From NCBI GenBank assembly GCA_028534125.1, contig CM052816.1:32676001-32740000 (forward strand): a DNA stretch of 64,000 nt, given 5' to 3'. The notes beneath the pieces are model-generated. The model ran no database searches. It had not been told where the DNA came from and was given only the letters and a program-made list of their open reading frames with translations. This document shows, one piece after another, positions 27,251-40,571 of this stretch (positions within the stretch are counted from its first letter, which is position 1; each line of letters opens with the position of its first letter). The position numbers and the translations under genes are program-made. Source of the stretch: Lama glama (taxonomy: Eukaryota).

Positions 27251-28005
27251 ACTTAGATCTAACTTAGTGTAGGTCTAACATGAAATGCTCATGAGACCTG
27301 GAGGGTGAGGCAGTGTGACCAACACTGGCTTAGGAGTCACACTGCCACGTCACTGTGTGTGAACCTAAATGAGTTTTGAAATTTCTCTGAGCCTCAGTTC
27401 TCTATATATGTGAATGGTGATCTTTTTAAAAATCTCTACCAAAATTTTATTAAAGTTAGATGGAATTCTGTATATTTGCTAATCATAATGTCTGCTACTG
27501 GTTTAGGAGAAAGTTTATCATGAAACTCATGAAATTTAATGCACCTAATTGCATAGGCCCTTCCTAGCCCTTTTGCAGTGGCACTAGCAATTTTGAATTA
27601 ATTCGTATATTCCTTAAGGAAGGCTCCCCCACAATTTGTGTATGCTCTTGGCCCCCACAAAATCTGGATCTCCCTTTGGCTACAAGTTAGATGAGAAAGA
27701 AATGTTAATTTCTCTCTCTGTCAAATGTAGTAATTTTAAATTGTGTGCAACTTAGTGGTATTTAACTTTCAAAAAAAATACAGAACTAATGTGTGTTAGG
27801 TTGTGGAAATTTTATAAAAATTTTAAAAATTACAATTTCTATAATTTCCACACCCAGGAAGGACATTTGATACTCTGGTTATGTCTTTTAATCTTCTCTG
27901 TGCACATATGTAATTCATTAAAAAAAATGCTAGTTGGTATTATGTTAAGCATACAGCATTCTATATTTTCACTTAACATTACATGAATTACATAATGTCC
28001 TCTGT

Positions 28006-29300
28006 TCCATATCTTGTTTTCATTTCCTTTGGATATATACCCAGAAGTGGAATTGCTGTATCGTATGATAGTTCAGTTTTAATTTGTTGAGGAACCTCCA
28101 TACTGTTTTCCATAGTGCTGCACCAGTTTGTATCCCCACTAACAGTGCTCTGGGATTCCCTCAGCAATACTTGTGAAGATGTCTTTTGATGACAGCCATT
28201 CTAAGAGATGTGAGGTAATATCATTGTGGTTTTAATTTGCCTTTCCCTGATGATGAGTTTGTTGAACATCTTTTTATATACTTTTTGGCCATTTGGATGT
28301 CTTCTTTGGAAAAATGTTTTTTTAGTTCCTCTGCCCATTATTTATTTATTTTTTTTTCCTCTGCCCATTTTTTAATTTGATTGTTTGCTTTATTCGCTAT
28401 TCAGTTGTGTGAGTTTTTGAATATATTTTGGATATTAACCCCTTATTAGATACATGATTTGTAAATATTTTCTTCCATTTAGTACATTGCCTTTTCATTT
28501 TGTTGATGGTTTCTTTTGCTGTATAGAAGTTTTTTAGTTTGATGTTGTCCCACTTGTTCATTTTGCTTTTATTGCCTTTATTTTTGGTGTCAAGTACAAA
28601 AAAAAAAAATCATTGCTAAGACCTATGTCAAGGAGCTTACCCCCTATATTTTCTCTTAGGAGTTTTACAGTTTCAGGTATTAAATGTTAAGTCTTTAATC
28701 CGTTTTTAGTTGATTTTTGTTTGTGGTATAAGCTAGGGGTCCATTTCATTCTTTTGCATATGACTATCCAGTTTTCTCAACACTATTCATTTCTTAACAG
28801 TCATTCATTTTTCCTCATTGTATATTCCTGATTCCTTTATCATAAGTTAATTGACTGTATTTGTGTGTGTTTGTTTCTGGGCTCTCTGTTCTGTTCCTTG
28901 CTCTATGTGTCTGTTTTTATTTTAGCACCATACTGTTTTGATTACTGTAGTTTTGTAATATAATTTGAAATCAGGATGTGTGATACCACTAGCTTTGTTT
29001 TTTTCCAGGATTGCTTTCCAGGATCTTTGGGATCTTTTGTGGTTCTATACACATTTTAGGATTGTTTGTTCTCTTTCTGTGAAAAGTGCCATAGGAGGTT
29101 TGAAAGGAATTGCATTGAATTTGTAGGTCACTTTGGGTAGTATGGACATTGTAACAATATTAATTTTTCCAGTCAGTGAGCTTGGAATTTGTGTCTTTTT
29201 AGTTTCTTTCATCACTGCCTTATAGTTTACGGTGTCTAGATCTTTCACTTCCTTTGTTAAATTTATTCCTATGTATTTTATCCTTTTTTATGTAATTGTA
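28006..29300 (-). mobile_element. LINE-1 ORF2 3' fragment
   Basis: ORF 29045-29248 (KDL..NYK...[20 protein letters not shown]) is L1 ORF2-like. The sequence parallels the corresponding part of the 20.1-24.0 kb L1. Confidence 0.85.
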
Positions 29301-29851
29301 TATCTGGCATAATTTTAATTATCTTTAAGTGTGCCAAAAGTATAATTAACCAAGCTGCTGTTATCAATCATCAAAGTTGTTTCTAAAATTTCACTAGTGT
29401 AAACAATATTGAGTATCTTTGAATATAATATCTTTTGTGCATATATCTGATTGTACATTCAATAATTTCTTTTAACTGGACTTATTTTAGTATAAGCATT
29501 TTAAACATTTTAAGGACTTTTAAAAGCTGCTACCTTTTTTTTAAATTTATCCTCACTGAACCACAATATTATTTTAAAACATCATTGTCTACTTAATATG
29601 TGAAAATGATACTTTTTGTTTCTAGTTCTTTGATTCCTTAATGTGGTAGGACATTTTGTGTATATTTATTAGTCTTACATATTTTTTTGCATGTTAATTG
29701 CTAATACATGCCTAGGAAGCTTTTTGACAAGAAAAAGGAATTTTTTTTCTCCTGTAGGCAGATGCCTCGGGCTGTACAGCACTCTAAATAAAAAGGCATT
29801 TCAAAATGGTCTGCCTACCACAGTGCAATAGGGGCTTTGACAGCTGAAGCT

Positions 29852-30005
29852 AGAGTGGTTTGTGGTGCCTCTCAGTCCTGGCAGCACACACCAATGCCTG
29901 CACCTCATCCTCAGAGATTCTGACTTAGTAATGTTTTTAAAACTCCTCAAGCTCCTAAAGTGATTCTCTTGTGCAGCCATTTGATCTAAAAAACTTAGCT
30001 CCAAG
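29852..30005. mobile_element. MER5-like hAT-Charlie fragment
   Basis: aatgcctgcacctcatcctcagagattctgacttagt...gtgattctcttgtgcagcca. Confidence 0.55.
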
Positions 30006-30796
30006 ACTGGATCACATTTTCTTCATATGCAGGGCCCAGGTTGTTATTTAAAGCATTCCTTTTCCTCTGCAGAAAGTTGTATTTTGCAGTAATCACTACT
30101 CACCATTTGCTCTACTATTATTCCATGAGGGCATCTGCATTGGATGCCCTTTGGAGATTAATTTAAAATCATTCCTTATACTAGTATTTAATTAACACCT
30201 GTTATGTACAAAACATTATGGTACACACCATGAGACATACAAGATAAAGTCAGGTGTGGCTCTTCCCTTGGATTCTTATAGTCAGGAATGGGAAAGAAGA
30301 TTTACACACAGAGGTACAGAATGTGTTTGTGCCATAAAAGAGGTAGGAACAGTGGGGAGAAGAGGAGGGTGAATTGATTCTAGGTGGGATGGTAGATTAC
30401 TTCATGGAGATAAATATTTAAGCTGAACCTTAATTTGGATCAGTAGAACAATTAATAATCCTTTACTTTTAAAAGGTATTTCACAGTTTATAAAATGTGT
30501 TCACAATTACACACTTGATTCTTACAACAGCTCTATAAAATAAACCAAACAGTTATTCTCATATTACAGATCAAAGAGTAGTCAAGTCTTAGAATAGTTA
30601 AGTGACTTACTCAGTCATAGAAGTACAAAATGAAAGATTCAGTCTTCAGTCTTTATATGCTGGAGCCTTCTACCTTGTCACCTTATAGTAAAGGCAGAAA
30701 GTTCTGTGTTCAAGGTGAGTTTTAGAAATGGCTGTTTTTAGTTTGATTGGACTGTTACTATGATGCAAGTTCTGAAATAGTTGAAGATAAAGCTGT

Positions 30797-31345
30797 AGTG
30801 CAGTAGGCAGAATGATGGCTCCCTAAAGATGTCCAGTTCCTAATCCCCAGAGTTTGTGAATATGTTAGATTATGTCGCAGAAGGGAATTAAGGTAGCAGA
30901 TGAAATAAGGTTGTTAAAGAAGTACTCTGAAAGCAGGGAGATTGTTTTGGATTGTTGAGGTGGGCCAATAGAAGAAGGGTCTTTAAACTAAGTCCTTAAA
31001 AGTGGAAGACGGAATCTGAAGAACAGCAGTCAGAGAAAGAGATGATGATAATAGAAGTAAGGCCACAGTGTTGCAAATTGAGGACTTAGACCACGATTTC
31101 TAACTTTGAAGTTGGAGGAAGGAGTCCTTGAACCAAGGAATGTAGTTGGTCTCTAGAACCTGGATAAGATAAGAAAGCATATTCTCCTTCAGAGCCTCCC
31201 AAAGGCAGTACAGCCCTGCAGACACCTTGATTTTAGCTCAGTGAGACCGATTTTGGACTTCTGGACTACAAAACTGCAAGATAATAAATGTTGTTGTTTT
31301 AAGCTACTAAATTTGTGGTTATGTCAGCTATAGAAAAGTTAGTAC
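30797..31345 (+). mobile_element. MaLR solo LTR (MLT1C/D-like)
   Basis: taggcagaatgatggctccctaaagatgtcc...cagccctgcagacaccttgattttagctcagtgagacc...aactgcaagataataaatgttgttgttttaagc. Confidence 0.8.
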
Positions 31346-32680
31346 ATGGAGGAAGCCTTTCAGTGTAGGAATACTAATTAACATGCCATTCAGGGCACTC
31401 TACAATTTAACTCCAAATTATCTCAGTTCCACTGTCAGTAACAGAAAGCCATGAAATGTTCTTGAGCAGGGGTGTAAAAACTATTTTGATATATATATGC
31501 TAATTAGAGAGTAGAAAGATTGGAGGGAGAAAAAAACTATTTAAGATTCTATTATTGGTACTAGGAACATTTCTTTTGAGAAGCTTGCTTTTTGAGGTAG
31601 CAGAACACACATATTTGTCTGACTTATAGAAGACTGCATATATCTGCCACTTAACTTATGTCACTAAAAATTCCATTGTCATTGCAACGTTTTAGCTCCT
31701 TCCCATGTCCCATGAAAAGCACAGAAAAGATAGGAGAATTGGTCTTCAAAACCAATTTGGTCTTTGAAATCTGACCCACTTTATTCTCTTCTTATGCTTT
31801 TTTGTCATACCCTAACCCAGTACAGATCTAAAGACTGGAAGGTTTCTAAATGAATTTGAGCTTTGTTCAATTGCTTAGCACTGGGAAAACTTAGATTTAT
31901 ACTAGCACATAACTATTTTTAAGAAAAAACTTTTATTGATCTCTATGTAGGCATAATCTATTCTATATATCTGAGGTCTCCAGTAAAGAAAGAGTTGAGT
32001 ATTAACAAAGCACAAGAGTCTAGAGAGCTGAATTCAGAGCAGTAATTTTAACTCATTTTGTACTAGTTGATATTGTTGCCCATATTCTTGTCAGTTTTTA
32101 AAAATCACAAGTCTAAAATTAGGTCTAACATGTTTGTGTCAGAATGGAATGCAAGGTTTAAGACATTGAGAATCCTACTTCTGTTTATTCATTAATTTTT
32201 TTTCAAGTTACAGAAGGGTCAGAGGTTTGTTTTTTTTTTTTTTAAGGTGAACTATGTGTTTGTATTTATAACATTTAATTATGAATATTTATTAGAAACA
32301 GTCAAGGTAGTCATAATGAGCAGAGATGTTTGAAATCAGGGACATGTTTGTCAGTGTAGTCTTATAATTTATTTCTATATTAAACAGTTTATTTCTGTAT
32401 TAAATTTTGATCAGAAAAACTTTTAATGCACATATATGTATGTAGTGTGAATAATAACATTTTTATTTAAATAGGAATGGCAGGAGCTTTATTCTGAGAT
32501 ACATATAGACCTCATAGCTTAAGTGACCTCCATTGTTTCCACATTTGGTCCAATACATTTTGATTGTATATAGTTTTAATTGTAGCTAAATACCTTTTTA
32601 AAAAAGCTAAATATATTTTTAGTACAAAATTCAGTTCAAACTTTTGTGGACTCTCTGAGGAAACTGGTTTGAAAAATCTT

Positions 32681-33169
<489 letters not shown>

Positions 33170-34544
33170 CTGGTTTGAAAAATCTTACTGAAAAATTCAG
33201 TAGGCAACCTTGTAAAATATTAAGTTTTTAGATTGGCTTGCTTTTGATTTGAATTATAGTGATTCATGAACATGTAATGGTCATAGCTTTCTTTAAAATT
33301 TTGTTGTTTGAATCACTGATAAACTTTTACAACACATGTAATAAAAATTTAGACAAATTCTGTGGCTGCAAACTGGTTTACTAAATAATAGCTTGAATCA
33401 TAGTCTGAGTCAAGAGTAATAGAGTTGTTTCTTAGGGTACTAAGAAGTTATTTTTAAGAGCTTCTAAAATATATTCTTTGTTTAGAAGGGTGCGTTTTCT
33501 TTCCAGAAGTTTTAGGCCTTCTGAGAAGTTATTCTGAATTTGTCACAAATAGATGATGACTGTATAAAGTCTTGTTCAGTGAATCATGTCCGTTCAGTAA
33601 GAGAATCTTGAAAACCTTTTGTAAAACTAAGTCATCTTGACAAAAGAGATACTTAAGATAGAACCAAACTGATTCACGTTTCCTTTATTTCACATATCAA
33701 GGGAAAGTGTTTCTAAATATGTTTAAACTTTTAACATATAACTTTTCTAATTACTAATAATACATGATCAGTATTTGTTCTTTTGTTCATTCAACAACTA
33801 TCTAGGGGGTATTTGACATATATCAGGCATTATAATGCAGAGATAAAGAAAAAAAAATCCACAAGCAGAAAGGAAGAGCAGAAATCACTCCATAATCCCA
33901 CTTTATGTGGATAACTGCTGTGAACAGCGGTTATGTGTACATCTATAAGCATTTTGCTGTGTCTGTTACTTCTCTAATTTATAGTTATCAGTAAAATGGA
34001 ATTGCTTCAAATATGCTGTTTAATAGCTTGCTTGCTTCTTGCTATTAATTTGAAAAAGTAAGAAAAGATTACAGTAAATACATTTAATTTAAAAAATCTG
34101 AAGTTAAATATACTTCTAAATTTGAAATAGACCATGAAAACTGATTCCCTCCATTTAAACCAGAATTTAAATACAGTTTAAATTTGTGGCAATTTGGATT
34201 TTGTTCTTCTAACTCAAAAATTAGTCATTCAAGCTTCACTTGGTTAAATTTAAGTGAAATGCAGAATTTGCATTAAAATATTAAATTTAAGTCTCAGATC
34301 AGTAGTGACTAACAGCATTTACAGTGTCAGCGTCTGCTCTAAATACTGCTTCATATATATTAACTCCTCTATTCCACATTTCTACTCCCATTTTGTAGGG
34401 GAAATTAAAGCACTGAGCCTTTAAATGACTAAAGCCACACAGCTAGTGACAGGAGCAAAGATTTAATCCAGAATGTGACTCCATGATTTTTATCTCAGCT
34501 ACTCTACTGTACTGCCATCATACATTTTCTGAAAACTGTATTTT

Positions 34545-34680
34545 TTTAAAAATGTTTTTCTTTGTTGTTTTTCTTGGGAGGGCGGTAATTCAGTTTATTG
34601 AAATTGAGGTATTGGAGATTGAACCCAGGACCTCTTGCATGCTAAGCACACACCCTATCGCTGAGCTATACCCTCCCCCC
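34545..34680 (-). mobile_element. tRNA-derived SINE, Vic-1-like (camelid), just upstream of promoter 1A
   Basis: The reverse complement reads GGGGGGAGGGTATAGCTCAGCGATAGGGTGTGTGCTTAGCATGCAAGAGGTCCTGGGTTCAATCTCC, the same family as 60963-61111. Degenerate TSD (aaactgtatttt / aaactctaatttt). Confidence 0.83.
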
Positions 34681-34959
34681 AGAAACTCTAATTTTAATTC
34701 AGACATAGTTTCAGTGATTTACCTAACAAATCGTTGATTTGTAATGTAACATTATTCATTTTAATATATTTAGTAGAATTCTTTTTCTGTATGCTGCAAG
34801 ATGTAAATCTTAGCAAATAGCAAATGAGATGTAATTTATTACTCACCCACCCACCTCCACTATATCGTGTTAATCTTTCTGTCGTGTGGACCTCCCCCAC
34901 CCTAACCTATTATGCTTGTCAGCTTCCATCAGCTTCAGTGGGTTGCCAGGAGATAGAGC

Positions 34960-35173
34960 CGGTGAGGGCATATCCACCGACTAGGTGCGGGCTAGGGCTC
35001 CGAGCTGTGCGGCGGGGCGGGGCCCTATGCCCATGCCCTGCTGCGAAGTGCGGGTCGGGAAGCCGAGCGTGAAGCAGCTGTGTAATCCGCTGGATGCGGA
35101 CCAGGGCGCTCCCCACTCCCGTCGGGGACCCGCTGATTGGCTGGGCGTGGGCACACGTGACCGACATGTGGCT
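34960..35173 (+). promoter_or_regulatory. APC: APC promoter 1A (CpG-rich, no TATA box seen)
   Basis: The main CpG-dense stretch of the window, recognisable as the APC 1A promoter. Contains a GC box GGGCGG (35015-35020), E-boxes CAGCTG (35075-35080), CACGTG (35154-35159, USF-type) and CATGTG (35165-35170), and a reverse CCAAT box ATTGG (35136-35140). Confidence 0.9.
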
Positions 35174-35240
35174 GTATTGGCGCAGCCCGCCTGGGTGTCA
35201 CTGGAGACGGAATGGAGGTGCTGCTGGGCTCGGAAATGGG
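35174..35240 (+). other. APC: APC non-coding exon 1A (start approximate)
   Basis: GTATTGGCGCAGCCCGCC...CGGAAATGGG matches the remembered 5' end of the main human APC mRNA, which joins to GTCCAAGGGTAGCCAAGGATG (here 51458). Donor GGG|GTAGGT at 35241. Confidence 0.88.
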
Positions 35241-35670
35241 GTAGGTGCTGGAGCTGCGATGGCCTGACTTGCTGCCGGGGGAGGGGGAGGCGATTTTCCT
35301 TTGCAGTGTCTAAAACCGGTGACCTTTCCTTGGCACAGGGTCCACTGCCACATGCCAAGCGAGGAGGCAGGGGCGTCACCCCCCCCCCCCCCACTGCAGC
35401 ACAGGAGATGGATTTCCTGTGCTTCTGATCCAGGGTTTTTGACAGAAGAGGAAGAAGGGGGGAGGGGTAGGAGTGTTAAGGGGAGTCTGGTGAGAAAGAG
35501 CTGTTTTTAAAGCTAGAAGGAGGTTTTGTTTTTATAATGCCTGTTGACAGAGTAGAGTGGAATAACAGTATCTAAGGAAACGGGTAGAAGACAACAAAGA
35601 ATGGAGCATATTCATGGCAAGGAGCAAAAGCTCAGCCCACTGAAAGGCTTCTTTTCCTCCCTGGCCACAG

Positions 35671-35775
35671 GGACACATGCAGTGGTAGCCAAGAAGGGAT
35701 ACAAAGCTGCTGCTGACGGCTGATGTGAACCTAGTGGAAAGGGCTACTTGGGAGAGGAGAAAGAGGTGGAGGCAG
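35671..35775 (+). other. APC: Probable alternative APC 5' cassette exon (105 nt)
   Basis: Strong acceptor ttcttttcctccctggccacAG ends at 35670 and donor CAG|GTACTG starts at 35776. It resembles the alternative 5' exon I recall about 0.5 kb downstream of human exon 1A. Confidence 0.65.
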
Positions 35776-36990
35776 GTACTGCAGAGCTTGAGTGGGTGGT
35801 TTTGGTTGATTGGTGAAATTTTGGTCACCAAAAGTGCCTGCTTTTGCAAACTGTCTGAGTGAACTGCCTGTGAATAGGGTGGCAAAGAGATACCAGCGTC
35901 TTTGTTAGTTGCAAGACGCAATGGTAGTGTCTTTTTGCAGATGACTGCTGCAGTGCTTTTCTTCCTCCCAGGCTAAAAAGATAACTGCAGAGGAATAAGA
36001 GCCCTTGCAGCAGTGCTGGTGGTAGAAGTCTATTTACAAGAAGCCATAGTTTATAATTGCAACCTGAATAGAAGAAAAAAATTAGTTTTTTAAAGTAGGA
36101 AGAATATCAAGCTATGAATGTTTTGACTGTGAAATGTATCTCATACTTTGATTCTGTATCACAAAAGAGATGTTCAAATTCTTTGCTTTAACATAAATCC
36201 TATAGGAAATCTTAATAAATTATGTATGAAGCAGTGGATCTTTTCCTTTGTTAGTATAGCTTTATGCCATTAAGTTATTTAAGAGTAAGTCATTTTATAA
36301 TATAAATTACTTTGTGAAAAATTACAGTGATAAATTTTTCATAGGCTTAATATTTAAGAACTATACTTATTAAGTAATTTTATATTGCTCTCTGATCACT
36401 TTTAGATATTACTGAATAAAGTCTACAGGCAAATGTTTCAAATTAAAGCACCATGGTTTTTCTTTTAGATGTATTTCTGTTTAGTGAATACTCGTATACT
36501 CTTGATATGGAGTGTTTTCATTGCACTGTTTTTTGTTTCTTTTGTTAGATGTGGAAAAACATGTTTTCAGATTGAGTATGATTTTAAATGCCCTATCTTT
36601 ATGCATATTTATGATAGCCAACTTGTCACACCTCCCTACTCTCTGAACAGGATGACAGTAGCTTTGTAAAGCTCTCCAGGATCAATGTCTCTTGAATAGT
36701 GTTTTGTAATCCAAGGTCTTAAAAGAACCTATAATTTTGTCTTAGTCTTATCTTTTTTTTCAAGATAATAAGGAATTGGACTTGAATAAAACTAAATTAT
36801 GTTAAGTTTTCACTGATAAATAAGCAACTTTATTCTTTATATAAAAATGATTTTTGCTTTAAGAATTATTTAATCATGAATATTAGGGTTAATGGTTCTT
36901 AAGCTCTCTTTTTAAAATCTCTTGGAAACTGTGTCTAGAATTAAAGATGTTACATTAAATTTTCAAGTGAAATTTAACAGCTATTACCTG

Positions 36991-37069
36991 AATTGGTATA
37001 GTTTTTGAGAGTTTTTGATTCTCATCTGAATCCAAATTAGTATAGTTTTTGAGAGTTGATGATTCTCAT
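36991..37069. repeat. Local tandem duplication, period 44 bp
   Basis: aattggtatagtttttgagagtttttgattctcat (36991-37025) versus aattagtatagtttttgagagttgatgattctcat (37035-37069): 32 of 35 bases identical. Confidence 0.85.
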
Positions 37070-38544
37070 TTTAACATAAATTATTTCATTTTACTATTTA
37101 AACAGGTTACTGTAACATTTTCATTTTAAATGTTAGATTGTTCCCAATTAGGTATGTTGTGACTTTATTCAAGGTCATGTATTGTATAAGGATGTAAAGA
37201 ATGGAAGCCTTCTGTTTTGTTCTGACTCTGTAAGACTATTTTATAATGTCACTTATTACATAACATACAAAATAGTATATAACAGAAATTGTTTGGAAAG
37301 CAGGACAAATCATTCATTAAATGAAAAAGAAATCTTACTTGGTTTTGAGTTTGGGGATATGGTATAAGAATACTTCGTAAAACACCTGGTAGCTAAGAAA
37401 GTGGAGAGGCAGCACTTTTCATAATAATATTCATAACATTACTTCTTTTAAGATTGTCTTATTAATCATATGAAAACTTCTACTAAATAGAACATTAGGT
37501 TGTTTTTTGGGAGGAATTAAATAAGAAATACAGAAATAAAGTAAGAAAAGTTGATTTCTTTCCCCTTATGGTCTGAAATACTTAACATGAGACTGTCCTG
37601 CTGGCTTTATTGATCTTTGAAATTATTCATTGTTAATTAATATGGCCAGAATTGAGCTGTTAAGGAATTCAAAAGATAAATATTCCTAAGTATGCCTATG
37701 AACTGAATCAAAGCTATAAATTGCAGTCTTTCATGTATGACTCTATAGATTTTTATGTTACCATTTTTCTGTTTTTTTTTTACTGATTTCACATAGTTTA
37801 ACCAATCTTTTATATTAAATGTTCTCTTTAATTTTGACCTTCTCCCTCTTTTTTTTAATACTACACTCTGAGTGAAACTTTATGTAGCACACAAGATGAT
37901 GTAGAAAAGATTAATGATACTTCAGGAAATGTTTACGCTACATTTTTGAGTACCTACTAAATGCCAGACCTATGAAAGTTGCTGTAGAGTCAAATAATAC
38001 ATGGAAACTAACCTCTAAGAAACTTATGGTAGAACTATGTGAAATATTATTACTGTTGCAGTGAAAACACTGATTGCCTTGGCTGCTCCTAGGATCTTTA
38101 AAGATTTATATTGTCTAAAATATCTTCTTACTTAAAGGAATGTGGTGGTTTGCTCTTTGAAACGCCATGCCTTGTAAAATCTACTTGGAATAGCAGATAA
38201 TTCTGACAGGTAAATTGCTTTTGAAGTATTAAGTACTTTGAATGTAAAATGAAGTTAAATGAAGCAATTTCTAGATCTTCCAGTCTAATAGTCAATGATC
38301 TGTGATTCCTGATTTCTGTAAGTCGCTTGTTTTGGTATAGGCGACATCTCACATTCTTGAAAATTGTTTTTATGAATCAAATCCTGACATCATCAGTCCA
38401 TATAAGACAAGCTTTTCCCCCTTTATTCAACCATGCCCTTCTCCCAGTCCTTTTATAGGCACTTATTCAAATGTCTTCTTAAATATGCGTTAATTCTTGT
38501 GAAATATTAGCATCATTTTGTGTGTCTATTTTTTATAGTTGAGG

Positions 38545-39086
38545 TTTTTTATTGTGGTAAAATATACATACATAAAATTTACCAACTTAACCGTTTTTAA
38601 GTGTATATATATAGTTCTCTGTCATTAAGTGCGTTCATATTGTTGTGAATGTATCATAAACCATCTTCGTATCTTTTTCACATTCCCCAAATGAAACTCT
38701 ACCCTTTAAACACTTAACTCCCATTACCTCTTTCCCCCCAGTTCCTGGCAGCCACCATTCTGTTTTCTCTATGAATTTGACTTCCCTAAGAACTTCATAT
38801 AAGAGGAATCATACAATATTTGTCCTTTTATGACTGGCTTATTTCACTTAGCATAATGTCTTCAGAGTTCATCCATGTTGTTGCATGTGCCAGAATTTCC
38901 ATCATCTTTGAGGCTGAATGATACTCTGTTGTATATATACCACATTTTTTTTTTATCTGTTTATCCTTTTATGGATGCTGGGGTTGCATCCACCTTTTGG
39001 CTTTGGTGAATAATGCTGCTCTAAACATGGGTGCACAAGTATCTGTTTGAGTCCCTGCTTCTGCTTCTTTGGGTTGTGTACCCAGC
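38545..39086 (-). mobile_element. L1 3' end (L1MA/MB-type)
   Basis: ttattgtggtaaaatatacatacataaaattt...tggcttatttcacttagcataatgtcttcagagttcatccatgttg...tgaataatgctgct. Confidence 0.8.
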
Positions 39087-39304
39087 TTTATTTTTAATTT
39101 ATATAACTTTTGAACATTTTAAAACTCAGTCCTGTTTTTAAGATCTCTATCTATTTTACTTTATGTCCATCTAGTTTGCGATGCTAACTATGCTGTATAT
39201 TGTTCTGTAGTATCTATCAAGTGTGAAGGCCCTAGGTTTTTTCCAGATCTCTTGTACCACAAACTTTGCTGTGATACACACCCTTGTATGTGACTTCTTA
39301 TAGA

Positions 39305-40368
39305 CTATGTTAGTTACAGATCAGTAAACAGTAAATTACCCCCAAATCTTACTGGCTTAAACAACAAATATTTATTATTTTAGAGTTTAGGGGCAGAAAG
39401 TTAGGAATGTCTTAATTGGGTACTATGGTTCAGAATCTCTCTTAAAGTTACAATTAAGATGTCAGCCATGGCTATAGTCATCTGAAGGCTTGACTAGACT
39501 GGAGGACCCACTTCCAAGATGGCTCACTCAGTCTGTTTCTCTGGACTGTTGGCAGAAGGCCTCAATTCTTTGCCATGGGCCTCTACATAGGGCTGCTTGA
39601 GTGTCTGTGTGACATTGCAGCTGGCTTCCCCCAGTGATCCCAGAGAGAAAAAGCAAGAAGGAATCCATTTATAACATAGTCTCAGAAGTCTTACACTATC
39701 ACTTCTCCCATATACTCTTTATTAGAAGAGAGTCTCTCAAGTCCAGCCCATATAAGAGGAGATAAATTAAGCTGCAGTTTTTGAAGGTATAATGTCAGAG
39801 AAATTGTGAATATATTTTAAAATCACTGCATGACATTTCACTGGAGTTTATCCTTTGGAGAAGGGTCACTGAATCATTGGGCATTTTTTCCTATCAAAAC
39901 AATGTTTAAAACAACCCAAATTTATTGTCTTAAAATTCTGGAGGTCAGAAGTCTAAAACGGTTTTCACTAGACCAAAATCAAGATAGCAGCAGTGCTGTA
40001 CTTCCTCCAGAAGCTCACGGGGAGAATCCATTTCCTTGCTTTTTTCCATCTTCTAGAAGACAACTACTTTCCTTGGCTCATGGCCTCTTCCTCCATCTGT
40101 GTGTGAGCAGCACAGTAAATCTCTCTCTCTGACTCTGTTTCTGTTGTCTTATATCCTTCTCTGACTTTGACTCTTCTGTCTCCTTCTTATAAGAACCCTT
40201 GTGGTTATGGTAGGTCCACCTATATAATCCAGGAAAATTTCCCCATGTTATGATCTTTTACTTACTCACATCTGCAAAGTCTCTTTAGCCATGGAAGTTA
40301 ACATATTCACTAGTTTCTGGGATTAGGACCTGGACATCTTTGTGGGGCCATTATCCTGTCTGTTACAG
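39305..40368 (-). mobile_element. Two adjacent MaLR (MLT1-type) LTR remnants (about 39305-39830 and 39900-40368)
   Basis: First: ggcttaaacaacaaata...atctgaaggcttgactagactggaggacccacttccaagatggctcactca. Second: ttctggaggtcagaagtctaaa...ctgggattaggacctggacatctttg. Confidence 0.7.
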
Positions 40369-40427
40369 GCATACACATAAGAGTTCTTTTTTTTTTTTAA
40401 AGACATACACATATATTTCTTTGTTTT

Positions 40428-40571
40428 TTGGTTTTTTAAAAAAATTTTTTAACATTTTTTATTGATTTATAATCATTTTACAATGTTGTGTCAGTTTCCA
40501 GCATTCAGCACAATTTTTCAGTCATACATGAACATATACACATGCATTGTCATATTTTTTTCTCTGTGAGC
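40428..40571 (-). mobile_element. Short, severely 5'-truncated young L1 3' end
   Basis: tttattgatttataatcattttacaatgttgtgtcag... resembles the L1 3' terminus at 20160. TSD TCTTTGTTTT at 40418-40427 and 40572-40581, followed by AA (TTTT/AA site). Confidence 0.72.

Noticed and set aside
34824..35921. Several 69-147 aa ORFs on both strands at promoter 1A
   Set aside because: Expected from stop-codon scarcity in GC-rich DNA. They ignore the exon 1A splice donor and resemble no protein I know.
36991..37069. CRISPR-like repeat-spacer array
   Set aside because: Only two imperfect copies with a 9-nt spacer, in a mammalian intron with no cas genes.
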